Below, in pieces: positions 25,251 to 33,360 of a DNA stretch of 57,729 bases. The notes below the pieces were generated by a model that was not told the origin of the DNA, ran no database searches, and was given only the letters and a program-made list of their open reading frames with translations. The stretch is taken from positions 1 through 57,729 of IMG/VR virus record IMGVR_UViG_3300042465_001383; one strand, written 5' to 3'. The position numbers and the translations under genes were made by a program. This DNA comes from a virus (taxonomy: Duplodnaviria; Caudoviricetes). Numbering within the stretch: position 1 is the stretch's first letter; each line of letters starts with the position of its first letter.

Positions 25251-25846
25251 AGCAACTCCACCAACCCATGATCGTCGAACACGCCACAGCACAGGCCCTT
25301 GCGCCCCGCGTCAAGGCACACGCGGCTGCGGCCCTTGAAGATGCCAGGTGTGTGGCCATGCACCACCATCTTGCCCCGATAGCTGCCGTCATAGCCTTCA
25401 GGGTAGCGGAACAGTTGCGTGTACGCCTCCGGCTGGTCGATCAGGTCATATGCCGCGTGTACGCCAGCGTGTACATACACCCGCGCCGCATCCTCGTAGT
25501 AGCGCGGCAGCGTCTGGAACCAGTCCAGATCGCGCTGCAACGCCTCGGCGTCCAGTTCGCCCGTCAACGGGTGCTTGTAGGACAGCACGGTTGATGCGCC
25601 ACCGTTGTCCAGCCACATGTGCGGGTCGGGGGCGCAGATCATGTCTTCGTGGTTGCCACGCAGGCAAACGGCACCATTGGCTTGCAGCAACCGCACCAGC
25701 GCCACCACCTCGCGGCTCTGGCTGCCACGGTCGATGTAGTCGCCAAGAAACACGATCTTGGCCCCAGCGGGTATCTGCGCCAGCAAAGCCTTAAGCTCTG
25801 CCAGCCGACCGTGGATGTCGGTCATCACATAGGTCTTGTCAGGCAC
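25241..25846 (-). CDS. Metallophosphoesterase (lambda NinI-like Ser/Thr phosphatase)
   Basis: DIHG, GDYIDRG, GNHE, HAG, HGHTP motifs; GTG start at 25846. Confidence 0.9.
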   Translation of the reverse strand: MPDKTYVMTDIHGRLAELKALLAQIPAGAKIVFLGDYIDRGSQSREVVALVRLLQANGAVCLRGNHEDMICAPDPHMWLDNGGASTVLSYKHPLTGELDAEALQRDLDWFQTLPRYYEDAARVYVHAGVHAAYDLIDQPEAYTQLFRYPEGYDGSYRGKMVVHGHTPGIFKGRSRVCLDAGRKGLCCGVFDDHGLVELLWA

Positions 25847-26285
25847 CGCCCAGCGCCTTTTCCAGCACGTCAAGCTCATCAACCGACAGGCCAGAGATGT
25901 CCAGCGTGTGGCTGACCTGCATCGTGCCAGTGGTGGCGATCTCTACCTTCTCGCCGTACTTCTTGGGCTGCCTACGGGCCGCATTCCACTTCAGGCCGTC
26001 CATTGCAGCCCGTGCGTTGTTTGGGTCTATTCCGCCTGCCATCAACTTCAAAACGCATTCACGGATCAGGTCGCTGTCGTAATCGCCTTGGTCCTCGCGC
26101 GCGCGCGCATAGTCTGAAAGAAACTCCGGCTCTTCCCGCAGCCATCTCCGCACGGTTGGATAGGACGGCATCGTTTCTTTGTTGTCGTCCAAAAAGTTTA
26201 TGAGGCCAACGCCACCAGCGATAGCCTCTAGGATTTGATCCGCGATGTCTTGATCGAACGGTGTTTTCGGCCTGCCGCCTGCCAT
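25839..26285 (-). CDS. terS: Terminase small subunit
   Basis: GRP......I...I..G......P...TV.RW....EF...YARARE...KW.A....PKKYG (Sf6-like). Confidence 0.88.
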   Translation of the reverse strand: MAGGRPKTPFDQDIADQILEAIAGGVGLINFLDDNKETMPSYPTVRRWLREEPEFLSDYARAREDQGDYDSDLIRECVLKLMAGGIDPNNARAAMDGLKWNAARRQPKKYGEKVEIATTGTMQVSHTLDISGLSVDELDVLEKALGGA

Positions 26286-26337
26286 GATGTGGCCCTTTCA
26301 TAGATAGGATGCACACAATATAGATCAGGACATGCAG

Positions 26338-26366
26338 AAAAGATAGATGGGGGGCAAAAGCCCCCC
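26338..26366 (-). terminator. Intrinsic terminator at end of early cluster
   Basis: GGGGGGC-UUUU-GCCCCCC hairpin followed by a pyrimidine-rich tail. Confidence 0.6.
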
Positions 26367-26368
26367 GA

Positions 26369-26698
26369 TCAGAAGTTGTAGTCGTAGAACTTGCGCGGCT
26401 CACGGGCGACACGGTGCTTGCCGTAGGCTGACCAGAAGTACCCATCGGCGCGCTTGTGGGCTTTGATCGGGGGGTTGCTTTCGTTCGCCACAATGAACCA
26501 CCGCTGGTCTTCCTGATTGGCGCAGTTGGCAGTGAAACCACCAGCGACAAAGTTTGGCACCCACGCCGGATCGCGCTGTGCATCCATCTCGCGGATGACG
26601 ATCTGCTTGCCTGACGGGCTGACCGACAGGATTTCAAAGGGTTGGACATCGGTGTAGCCGATCAGGTTCGCGTAGCCAGTGGGAAGTGTGCAGGTCAT
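26369..26698 (-). CDS. Hypothetical early protein
   Basis: CAACCACATGGAG leader; C-terminal KFYDYNF. Confidence 0.7.
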   Translation of the reverse strand: MTCTLPTGYANLIGYTDVQPFEILSVSPSGKQIVIREMDAQRDPAWVPNFVAGGFTANCANQEDQRWFIVANESNPPIKAHKRADGYFWSAYGKHRVAREPRKFYDYNF

Positions 26699-26721
26699 TT
26701 TAATCTCCATGTGGTTGGGGG

Positions 26722-26937
26722 TCAGAAGGGGATAAAGTCTTCGAGGTCATACGCGGCCTTGCGGGCCTGCTTGGCGCAGTCGCACCACTCGGTATCGACA
26801 GGATGGCGCAGATTTTCAAACTCGGCCCGCATTGCGTACCATGCGTCCTCGGCTGCCAGTTGGGCGGGGGTGTCGATGCCCGCAACCATGCAGGCTTCTT
26901 CGTAGCTGTAGCAGGTTACACCATAAACGTCATACAT
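26722..26937 (-). CDS. Hypothetical early protein
   Basis: CAACCACATGGAGAC leader; ends DFIPF. Confidence 0.6.
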   Translation of the reverse strand: MYDVYGVTCYSYEEACMVAGIDTPAQLAAEDAWYAMRAEFENLRHPVDTEWCDCAKQARKAAYDLEDFIPF

Positions 26938-26988
26938 GTCAGTCTCCATGTGGTTGGGGTTGGTGGGGGCCGAAGCCCCCGTTTGTTG

Positions 26989-27600
26989 TTAGACAGGACG
27001 GGCGATCTTGGTCTGCTTCACGCCGTCACGTTCACCATGTTCTTTGACGGTGGCTTTGACGGTCAGCGTCTCGGTCTTGCCGCCCAGAATTTTAGTGCCT
27101 TTGTAGATCACCACGTTGCCCTGCGCGTCATTCATTATGTGCAGGTAGGACGTGCCGAACTGGCCTTCCATCGTGACGATATGGCGGATGGTGACGGTGA
27201 AGTCGCGGCGCTCACCCACGGTGCCGATCCAGTTCGATGTCTCTGCCTCTTCAGCGCGCTTGGCTGCAAAGCCTGCCACACGGGCCTCTGCGCGGGCGAT
27301 CATGCCCATTACCGCGCGGGTCTGGGCTTCGGTCAGGCCGCCCCATTCCAGCACGTTGTCGCGCATGGCCTCGTAGAAGTCGCCTAGCGAGGCTTTGACC
27401 ACGGGGTGCAGGGCGTTGAGGTAGACCGTGCTGTTCACATCGGCGAACTCGCCGCAACGGAACAGGAAGTCGTCTGCGCGCTTGCCATCGGCAGTGCCGA
27501 TCCACTTTGCGTGGCGGGTCTTGTTCGCGTTGGCGCGGATGTTGCGCGCGATGGCATTTTCGTAGGAAAATTCGTTTTCGATGAAAGTTCCGCGTGTCAT
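26989..27600 (-). CDS. Conserved phage protein with C-terminal OB-fold-like domain
   Basis: G.LTE.Q; S..IG.VGER...FG......D..GN......ATVKEH....GVKQT..RP. Confidence 0.7.
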   Translation of the reverse strand: MTRGTFIENEFSYENAIARNIRANANKTRHAKWIGTADGKRADDFLFRCGEFADVNSTVYLNALHPVVKASLGDFYEAMRDNVLEWGGLTEAQTRAVMGMIARAEARVAGFAAKRAEEAETSNWIGTVGERRDFTVTIRHIVTMEGQFGTSYLHIMNDAQGNVVIYKGTKILGGKTETLTVKATVKEHGERDGVKQTKIARPV

Positions 27601-27668
27601 GTCAGTCTCCGTGGTTGGTTGATGACCCTTGATACATCGTACTCAACACGCCGTCAACAACTATTTTA
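27601..27668 (-). promoter_or_regulatory. Early promoter copy 1 with GTACGATG half-site and CAACCA-GGAG leader
   Basis: AAAATAGTTG-TTGACG-N17-TATCAA. Confidence 0.7.
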
Positions 27669-27767
27669 AATAAAAAAACCCCCACCGTTTCCGGCAGGGG
27701 CAGGTGGGCGTTGAAGCCTAAGCAGAGAGTGCCAGCATCATAACACCAATGCGCCGCCAAACAAGGT

Positions 27768-28265
27768 CTATCCCACGCGCCGCTGCGTGATCGTAAACCA
27801 GACCTCTTCGATGGGCGTGAGGTTATGCGGCTCCACGATCCAGCAGTTGCCGTGGCCCAGATTGACCTCTTTGGCGTCAGACAGGAACCGCTTCTGACCG
27901 ATGCCACCCACGATCAGCATCGCCGCTGGGTCGTCGGTCGCGGTCACCAAGATCGCCATATCGGCCCGAAAGGATTCGAGCGACTTGAACAGCAGCCTGC
28001 CGCCCTCGTGGAATGACGCCTTAACGTCGATGCTCCACTCGCCAGCCCACAGGTCGGCCCCACTGTCGATGCCCAGTGCGGCGGGGCTGTACGGCAGTTG
28101 CAAAACCTTTGACACCGCCACCTCGGCCTTGATGCCCAGCAGGTCAACATTTTCCTGCGGGGCCTTCTGCTGATCTTTCACGCCACTGAGGCGGGCGATC
28201 TGCCACCGCAGAGCCGCGTTCTGGTCACAGGCCGACATCTCAGCCTTGGTCAGCTTTACTAGCAT
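27768..28265 (-). CDS. PD-(D/E)xK-like nuclease-fold protein
   Basis: G..AE.AV...D.G.D......IDVK; start re-called to 28265. Confidence 0.55.
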   Translation of the reverse strand: MLVKLTKAEMSACDQNAALRWQIARLSGVKDQQKAPQENVDLLGIKAEVAVSKVLQLPYSPAALGIDSGADLWAGEWSIDVKASFHEGGRLLFKSLESFRADMAILVTATDDPAAMLIVGGIGQKRFLSDAKEVNLGHGNCWIVEPHNLTPIEEVWFTITQRRVG

Positions 28266-28383
28266 CAGAACGGCACCTCCCCATCTTTGAACCATACCCC
28301 ATCCCAGTTGATCGGTGGGCGGGGCTGGGCTGCCACCTCCAGCAGCCCGATCCACCGCATGAACGACTTCAGATCGGCGGGGA

Positions 28384-28590
28384 TCAAATCTTCCACCCTT
28401 GAGATGCGGAAATCCCCCTAATGGCCGCGACAACTGCACGGGCCTGCGTTGCGCTCTGGATCACAATATCCTTCTGACCCTCAACATTTAAATAAATTAC
28501 ATCGCCGCCTCGAATTACGGAGATGCATCCCTCTTTCGCGCCATCTTCCGAAATTGTCGCATCTCCAATCAGCGCCAAGCTGTCCTTCAT
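28384..28590 (-). CDS. Hypothetical protein
   Basis: GGAGGTG SD. Confidence 0.55.
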   Translation of the reverse strand: MKDSLALIGDATISEDGAKEGCISVIRGGDVIYLNVEGQKDIVIQSATQARAVVAAIRGISASQGWKI

Positions 28591-28591
28591 C

Positions 28592-29200
28592 TCACACCTC
28601 CCCTTCCATGGGTTCGTTGCAGTCACCACAGATCAGGTGCGACCCCATCTTAGCCCACGCTTTGTTCCCGCAGCCGCATTCATGTTTAATTTTGCTCTTG
28701 TCCTTTTTCTTCTCGGCTTTGTCGCGGGGCTGGGTGAAGTATGGGATGTCGAACGGCATCAGGTCTTGCAGCGCCACGTCGAACGGCCCGCCCTCGTCAA
28801 TCATGTGCGTGACCTTGCGGCCCGTCATTTTGCCTGTGCCATCGGTCGGGGTCAGGCCCACGCGCAACATCATACTGGCCCATTCCATGTTGTGGTGGCC
28901 GCCCTTTGACGGCTTGCCAAACTCTTGCTGTTCAAGGTGGGTCATCTCATGCACCAGCGTCCCCAGCACCGCGCGGATGTCGCGGTCCATCGTGTTGGGG
29001 TTCAGGGCGATCTCGTGCGTGTGGTCGCCATCACGGTGTTTAAACTGCTCGGCGTGGAAGTACCCATTGGCACCAGTCCGGCGGGTTAGCGTGAACATCA
29101 CGGACGGCAGGCGCTGGTCGAACAGCGCCTTGTTGAACCAGTTGAACGCCTTTTCAAGGCCAACGTAGGTTTCTTCGGTGGGGGTCATGTAATTGGTCAT
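28592..29200 (-). CDS. SprT-like zinc metalloprotease
   Basis: FN..LF...LP, TLVHEMTH...H...W, C-terminal CxC..CxxC. Confidence 0.88.
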   Translation of the reverse strand: MTNYMTPTEETYVGLEKAFNWFNKALFDQRLPSVMFTLTRRTGANGYFHAEQFKHRDGDHTHEIALNPNTMDRDIRAVLGTLVHEMTHLEQQEFGKPSKGGHHNMEWASMMLRVGLTPTDGTGKMTGRKVTHMIDEGGPFDVALQDLMPFDIPYFTQPRDKAEKKKDKSKIKHECGCGNKAWAKMGSHLICGDCNEPMEGEV

Positions 29201-29225
29201 TGTCGTCTCCATTGCGGTTGGGGGG

Positions 29226-29453
29226 TTAGTCTTCAAGGCTCTCGTAACGGTACTCGTCTTCGGCGACATCGTCTTCAGCAAGGGCTTCGTCCCAGCCCTC
29301 GTTCTGCCAGTGGTCGTAGGCAGCTTCGGTTTCCTCTTCGGTCGGCTCGTCGCCGTCTTGGTCCCATTCGATGTCGCCGTAATCGCGCTCGGCGTAGAAG
29401 CCGTGGTCGCCGTAGGTGAAGTGGAAGCAGCGGTGTAGGTTCTTGAGGGCCAT
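29226..29453 (-). CDS. Very acidic small early protein
   Basis: 26 Asp/Glu versus 4 Lys/Arg in 75 aa; first gene after promoter copy 2. Confidence 0.65.
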   Translation of the reverse strand: MALKNLHRCFHFTYGDHGFYAERDYGDIEWDQDGDEPTEEETEAAYDHWQNEGWDEALAEDDVAEDEYRYESLED

Positions 29454-29454
29454 G

Positions 29455-29529
29455 ATCGTCTCCGTGTGGTTGGTGGTGGTCGATGACCCCGTGTACATCG
29501 TACTTAACACAGGGTCAACAACTATTTTT
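29455..29529 (-). promoter_or_regulatory. Early promoter copy 2
   Basis: AAAATAGTTG-TTGACC-N17(ends GTACGATG)-TACACG; near-duplicate of copy 1. Confidence 0.7.
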
Positions 29530-29755
29530 AATCCGCTGCGACGATGTCGCTGAAGAAGTCCAGAACCGCATCGCGGTTGTCGGCGGCGGTTTCCTCGAAC
29601 GACAGGAAGATACCATCGGTGTCGTACTTCCCGCAGATCAAGCCTGCCTTCAGCACGATCTGGCAGCCATTGCCCTCAGACCAGAACCGACCGATCTGTG
29701 CTGCACGGCGCTTGCCGACCCAGCGGTTGATTTGGTTTTGTGAGATGCTTGCCAT
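29528..29755 (-). CDS. Hypothetical early protein
   Basis: CAACCACAGGAGG leader. Confidence 0.6.
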   Translation of the reverse strand: MASISQNQINRWVGKRRAAQIGRFWSEGNGCQIVLKAGLICGKYDTDGIFLSFEETAADNRDAVLDFFSDIVAAD

Positions 29756-29759
29756 CTCG

Positions 29760-29840
29760 GCCTCCTGTGGTTGGCGGCCACCACCATCGGTGGCCGTAAC
29801 CCTTCATATCGCGTCACATCGTACGATGCAACAACTATTT
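29760..29840 (-). promoter_or_regulatory. Early promoter copy 3 with perfect palindrome CATCGTACGATG (29817-29828)
   Basis: AAAATAGTTG-TTGCAT-N17-TATGAA. Confidence 0.65.
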
Positions 29841-29963
29841 TGTGGCCTTGCGAACAATTTTCTTAGCAGCACGGCGTTGCTGTCGGTTGCCATTTGGGTC
29901 GGGGTTAACCCTTTCGGCCAACCTTGAAACCGCCAGCCTCTTGCCTTTAAGCCCTTTAAGCAT
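29835..29963 (-). CDS. Small basic peptide with NRQQRRA motif
   Basis: Coupled start at 29963; Arg-rich NRxxRR motif common in phage peptides. Confidence 0.45.
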   Translation of the reverse strand: MLKGLKGKRLAVSRLAERVNPDPNGNRQQRRAAKKIVRKATK

Positions 29964-30180
29964 CGCCTTCGACCTCCAACATCCGGTCGGCCATAGCCCA
30001 CGACTGCCGCGCGATGGTGTACATATCTCGGTCATCCCTAATCAGCGCCTGCATGGCCAGCCCAGCCAGCCAGAGGCGGTCAGCAGCGCGGTCTGCGCCA
30101 TTTACTGGCATCGGTCTACCCTGCATCATCTCGACGCTGTAAAGGCCCTCTGGCGCGCCCTGTTCGATGTCGTCCTTCAT
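29956..30180 (-). CDS. Hypothetical protein (RLWLAG...AD.ML family), paralog of 30583..30777
   Basis: ATGA coupling; shared motif. Confidence 0.6.
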   Translation of the reverse strand: MKDDIEQGAPEGLYSVEMMQGRPMPVNGADRAADRLWLAGLAMQALIRDDRDMYTIARQSWAMADRMLEVEGDA

Positions 30181-30395
30181 TTCTTGCCCTCCAAGGCTTT
30201 GATACGGTTTTCGTGGTCTAGCATGATCTGGTGCGTCCTCAGCCAGTTTTGGTGGCTGTCGCCCCGCTCGAAGCCAAGCATGGCCTGAATGGCCAACTGT
30301 TCCTTGAACATTGCCTCTTGTTCAGGCGTCCGCTCGTCCGTGATGTAGACGCGCATCTGCTTCTCTTTGCCAAAAAGTTTCTTCAGCCACTTCAT
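30177..30395 (-). CDS. Hypothetical protein with MKWLKKLFG N-terminus
   Basis: ATGA coupling at 30395. Confidence 0.6.
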   Translation of the reverse strand: MKWLKKLFGKEKQMRVYITDERTPEQEAMFKEQLAIQAMLGFERGDSHQNWLRTHQIMLDHENRIKALEGKK

Positions 30396-30586
30396 TTCAT
30401 TTTCCTCATCTCGCAAAAAAGCACGTTGCCGTTTTTATCCACGTCATAAGTGATCTTGTGGGTGGGGTAGGGGTAACGGGTATAGAGTGCAGCATTAAAT
30501 TCTTCCCCAACGCATCCATATAGCATCTTTGGCGTCCTCATGCGGGTCTGCTTCCCTCTACCGAAAAGCTTCTTCAGCCATTTCAT
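30392..30586 (-). CDS. Hypothetical protein with MKWLKKLFG N-terminus
   Basis: ATGA coupling at 30586. Confidence 0.6.
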   Translation of the reverse strand: MKWLKKLFGRGKQTRMRTPKMLYGCVGEEFNAALYTRYPYPTHKITYDVDKNGNVLFCEMRKMK

Positions 30587-30777
30587 GTCTTCTTCTCCCA
30601 TCGGCTTCCCTTGTTCAGTTCCGCCAAAAGCTTGTCGGCCAGTTCCACGGCTTTCTGTTCTACCATATAAAGGCTTTTGTCGCTGTTAGCACACATACCA
30701 GCCGCAATCGTCCCCGCCAGCCACAGGCGCTTCATCTCGCGGCTGTTTTCTTCCAAAACTTCATTAGACCACAGCAT
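30583..30777 (-). CDS. Hypothetical protein (RLWLAG...AD.LL family)
   Basis: GAGG SD; shared motif with 29956..30180. Confidence 0.6.
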   Translation of the reverse strand: MLWSNEVLEENSREMKRLWLAGTIAAGMCANSDKSLYMVEQKAVELADKLLAELNKGSRWEKKT

Positions 30778-30958
30778 TTGTTATCCTCACCTTTTTGAAG
30801 TCCGCCTTAAGCTCCCGCCGCAGGTCAGACATTTTCTCGCCCTCGTACACCTGCCCCGCAGGCAGTTCGACCGTCCATCGGTCAGTGGTCTGGTAAAAGC
30901 GCACAGGGAAGCGTTGCCCCGTGGCCTCGAACAGCACCCAAAGATTATCTTCAGTCAT
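30764..30958 (-). CDS. Hypothetical protein
   Basis: CAACCATGGAGG leader. Confidence 0.55.
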   Translation of the reverse strand: MTEDNLWVLFEATGQRFPVRFYQTTDRWTVELPAGQVYEGEKMSDLRRELKADFKKVRITNAVV

Positions 30959-31044
30959 CCATCCCTCCATGGTTGGTGTTGGCACCATACCAAACGCTCC
31001 GGCAGGCACAATAAAAAAATGTTGGTATCAGCACATTTTTTCTG

Positions 31045-31110
31045 TTGCATCGTACTTTGCACTGTGCCATAACAATCTCACGGAAACCAACCAACCACAT
31101 GGAGACTGAC
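31045..31110 (+). promoter_or_regulatory. Divergent promoter copy 4 with CATCGTAC half-site and leader
   Basis: TTGCAT-N17-CATAAC ... CAACCACATGGAGACTGAC-ATG. Confidence 0.6.
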
Positions 31111-31392
31111 ATGACCTTCAATTCCCCCATCGCCCTCGCCGACCAGTACGCCGCCGCCAAGGCCGCAGCCGATGACGCCATCGCCGCTCTGGACGCCCTC
31201 AAGGCCCAGATCAAGGCATCGGGCATCGAACGCCACATCGGCGTCACCTGTGACGTTGTCCTCGGCCTGTCCGAGCAGAAGCGCGTCGATAACACCCTGC
31301 TCCAGTCGTTCCTGTCGGCAGAGCAGATCGAAGCCTGCAAAAAGGCGATCTTGGTCGAGCGCATCACGATCAAAGCAAAGGGACTGAAATAA
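31111..31392 (+). CDS. Hypothetical protein
   Basis: Own promoter, SD and terminator. Confidence 0.7.
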   Translation: MTFNSPIALADQYAAAKAAADDAIAALDALKAQIKASGIERHIGVTCDVVLGLSEQKRVDNTLLQSFLSAEQIEACKKAILVERITIKAKGLK

Positions 31393-31430
31393 GGTCAGCG
31401 CTTCTGACCTAGTTTGACCCAAAAACGGCG

Positions 31431-31455
31431 AAAGGCTCCCTCTGGGGGCCTTTTT
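31431..31455 (+). terminator. Intrinsic terminator
   Basis: AAAGGCUCCC-UCU-GGGGGCCUUUUU. Confidence 0.75.
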
Positions 31456-31466
31456 GCTACGTTACG

Positions 31467-31749
31467 GATACCCTACCCGTTTCTACTAAACCATTGTTCC
31501 ATCAGTGCTTTTGAGTAGCGTAGAGTAGGTAGTAGCGTATCATCTTAATACAATATATTCTTCTACCCAAAATCATTCACCTTTAAGAGACTTTTAATAA
31601 TAACTCTCTATAAGACAATCTCAAGAGATACTCTACTCTACTACTTCTACTATATATATATATATATAATATATATATAAATAGACTATTAATAGTGTAA
31701 AAGTAGAGTATCCGTCCCCCCACCCAGTAGCGTAGCAAGGATACGCTAC
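31467..31749. repeat. Probable replication origin: five GTAGNGTATC iterons flanking a (TA)n tract
   Basis: Iterons at 31467(-), 31532(+), 31627(-), 31703(+), 31740(-); TA tract 31651-31679; most AT-rich non-coding stretch in the window. Confidence 0.65.
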
Positions 31750-31822
31750 CCCCGCAGGTCTTTACATGGAATTAAAAAACCACTAGTGGTGTTATACTAA
31801 CAACCCTTATGGAGTTTTCCCA

Positions 31823-32206
31823 ATGGACGATCTGATCTTAGTTAGGAAGTTGAGCCGCGCAGAAGTCTTGGAAGGCACCCGAACGGGACGCCCGCCACGC
31901 ACAAAGTTTGCCCTGCGGAATTATGGCGACAAAGGCACCTGCCTGCTGGCACTGCCGTCTGGCCTGTACCAAGAGGGCGACAAGGCCGAATTTTATCTGT
32001 CTGGTCAGGGCTTCGCAATCCAGTTGACGCCCGATGGCAGCCGCCTGTTGACTGGCAAGAAGAACACCCGCACCGCCTCAATCCCCAAGGAAATCCGCGA
32101 ACGCTTGGCGGGTCTGCTGGAGGGGTCTGCTGAAATGGTGCCGCAGGAAATGGGGGATCGCATCTATTTCTTCGCGTTCTCGCAGCTAAGTGCCGCACCC
32201 CTGTAA
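31823..32206 (+). CDS. Hypothetical protein (possible AbrB-like DNA-binding fold)
   Basis: GGAG SD; beta-rich with SIPKEIRERL; fold is a guess. Confidence 0.6.
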   Translation: MDDLILVRKLSRAEVLEGTRTGRPPRTKFALRNYGDKGTCLLALPSGLYQEGDKAEFYLSGQGFAIQLTPDGSRLLTGKKNTRTASIPKEIRERLAGLLEGSAEMVPQEMGDRIYFFAFSQLSAAPL

Positions 32207-32210
32207 AAGC

Positions 32211-32240
32211 AAAAGGGGGCCAAGATGGCCCCCTTCTTTT
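32211..32240. terminator. Bidirectional terminator
   Basis: AAAAGGGGGCCA-AGA-TGGCCCCTTCTTTT between convergent genes. Confidence 0.8.
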
Positions 32241-32259
32241 CCGTCTGCGTGGCGCAGTG

Positions 32260-32646
32260 TTACGCCGCGTCTTCAAGGATGTTGTGGGACAGCTTGCCCA
32301 TCATATCGACCAGCGGGTTCAGGAAATCCACCTCTATCCCGATGTCACGGCCTTGGTCGATCAGACGGCCCACCGATGCAACGAAGGCATCGCGCTGGAT
32401 TTCCGCCACCGACTTCAGGCCGTTGATGTAATCCTCGGTGTCTTGGATCACGCTCTCAAAGCCGTCAAGGGCCTCGACGTGAATGAACTTGTATTCGGAA
32501 GAACCGCCAGCCTTGTAGCCGATGTTGGAGGTCAGTTCACGGGTGGAGAAGCCGACCGAAATTTCGATCTTTGGGGCAGTGAAGCCCTTGTTGGTCAACA
32601 GCTTTTCCAAGCGGGTGATTTCGCGCAGGATGTCAGAAGCGTTCAT
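32260..32646 (-). CDS. Hypothetical protein
   Basis: CAACCAAGGAGAC leader. Confidence 0.7.
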   Translation of the reverse strand: MNASDILREITRLEKLLTNKGFTAPKIEISVGFSTRELTSNIGYKAGGSSEYKFIHVEALDGFESVIQDTEDYINGLKSVAEIQRDAFVASVGRLIDQGRDIGIEVDFLNPLVDMMGKLSHNILEDAA

Positions 32647-32685
32647 GGTAGTCTCCTTGGTTGGGTTACGTTCACTATTCTTAGT

Positions 32686-32883
32686 TCACTTAATCGGGTA
32701 GTGCAACATAATTTTTGCAATTTCTTCTTTGCTGTAAATTATGTCTGCATCGCGGATCGCGCGGCACGTCTTGACCACATGCTCCCCCGTCAGCCCGAAC
32801 TTCCGCGCCACATAAGATGGCGGCCTGACCTTCCGCAGCGCCAAGATATCCAGCAACTGCTCATCCTTCTGTCTTGCGTTCAT
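32686..32883 (-). CDS. Small HTH-like protein
   Basis: PSYVARKFGLTGEHV helix-turn-helix pattern. Confidence 0.55.
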   Translation of the reverse strand: MNARQKDEQLLDILALRKVRPPSYVARKFGLTGEHVVKTCRAIRDADIIYSKEEIAKIMLHYPIK

Positions 32884-33193
32884 AGATCGCCACAGCCTCC
32901 CTGATCCGTGTCATGCTTACCTCTCCCTTTCGCCGCAACGCCCCTCGGACGTAGTGCCGCTTGAAACCCAGCGCCAAAGACGCCGCCGTCATAGATGGAA
33001 ATTCAACCCCATACAGGACGATTTTATTCCCATCAAACCTGTGACGGGGTTTTCGCCAGCGGCCCACCCCGATCCCGATATTGTCTTGCGTCCCGCTGGC
33101 AACCTTGTTGTAAATGTGGCTGGCGGACACCCCGTGGGCCTCCGCCGCTTCGCGCACCGTCTCAAAAGTCACGCCCCTGATGGTCACCCGCAT
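32861..33193 (-). CDS. Tandem NUMOD1-like/HTH DNA-binding protein
   Basis: V.IRGV.F.TV.EAA.AHG and I.L.GV.F.S..AAS.ALG repeats; start re-called to 33193. Confidence 0.65.
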   Translation of the reverse strand: MRVTIRGVTFETVREAAEAHGVSASHIYNKVASGTQDNIGIGVGRWRKPRHRFDGNKIVLYGVEFPSMTAASLALGFKRHYVRGALRRKGEVSMTRIREAVAIYERKTEG

Positions 33194-33360
33194 ATCTGGT
33201 AGACCCCCAGCAGCACCACGATGGCCGCCATGATCCCCAGTGGCACCGCCAGCCCCGTCATGTCTGGTGGCAGGCTTGCGATGGCCGTGATGGTGATCGC
33301 AAAGAACGCGGTGTATGCCACGATCACGATGGCCGCGATGGTTAGAAGTTGTGCGATCAT
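33184..33360 (-). CDS. Small two-TM membrane protein, 58 aa (MIAQLLTIAA...), not in ORF track
   Basis: TAATG coupling to the glycosyltransferase stop; two hydrophobic segments. Confidence 0.6.
   Translation of the reverse strand: MIAQLLTIAAIVIVAYTAFFAITITAIASLPPDMTGLAVPLGIMAAIVVLLGVYQICG

Noticed and set aside
28592-29200. SprT protease as the GG-processing enzyme
   Set aside because: It lies in the early cluster away from structural genes; a less parsimonious candidate, though not excluded
26700-31110. CRISPR-like array from repeated leaders
   Set aside because: Repeats are short, degenerate, irregularly spaced and separated by whole genes; no cas genes
31651-31679. Eukaryotic microsatellite or contamination
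   Set aside because: Embedded in symmetric iterons between phage genes; exact tract length may still be an assembly uncertainty
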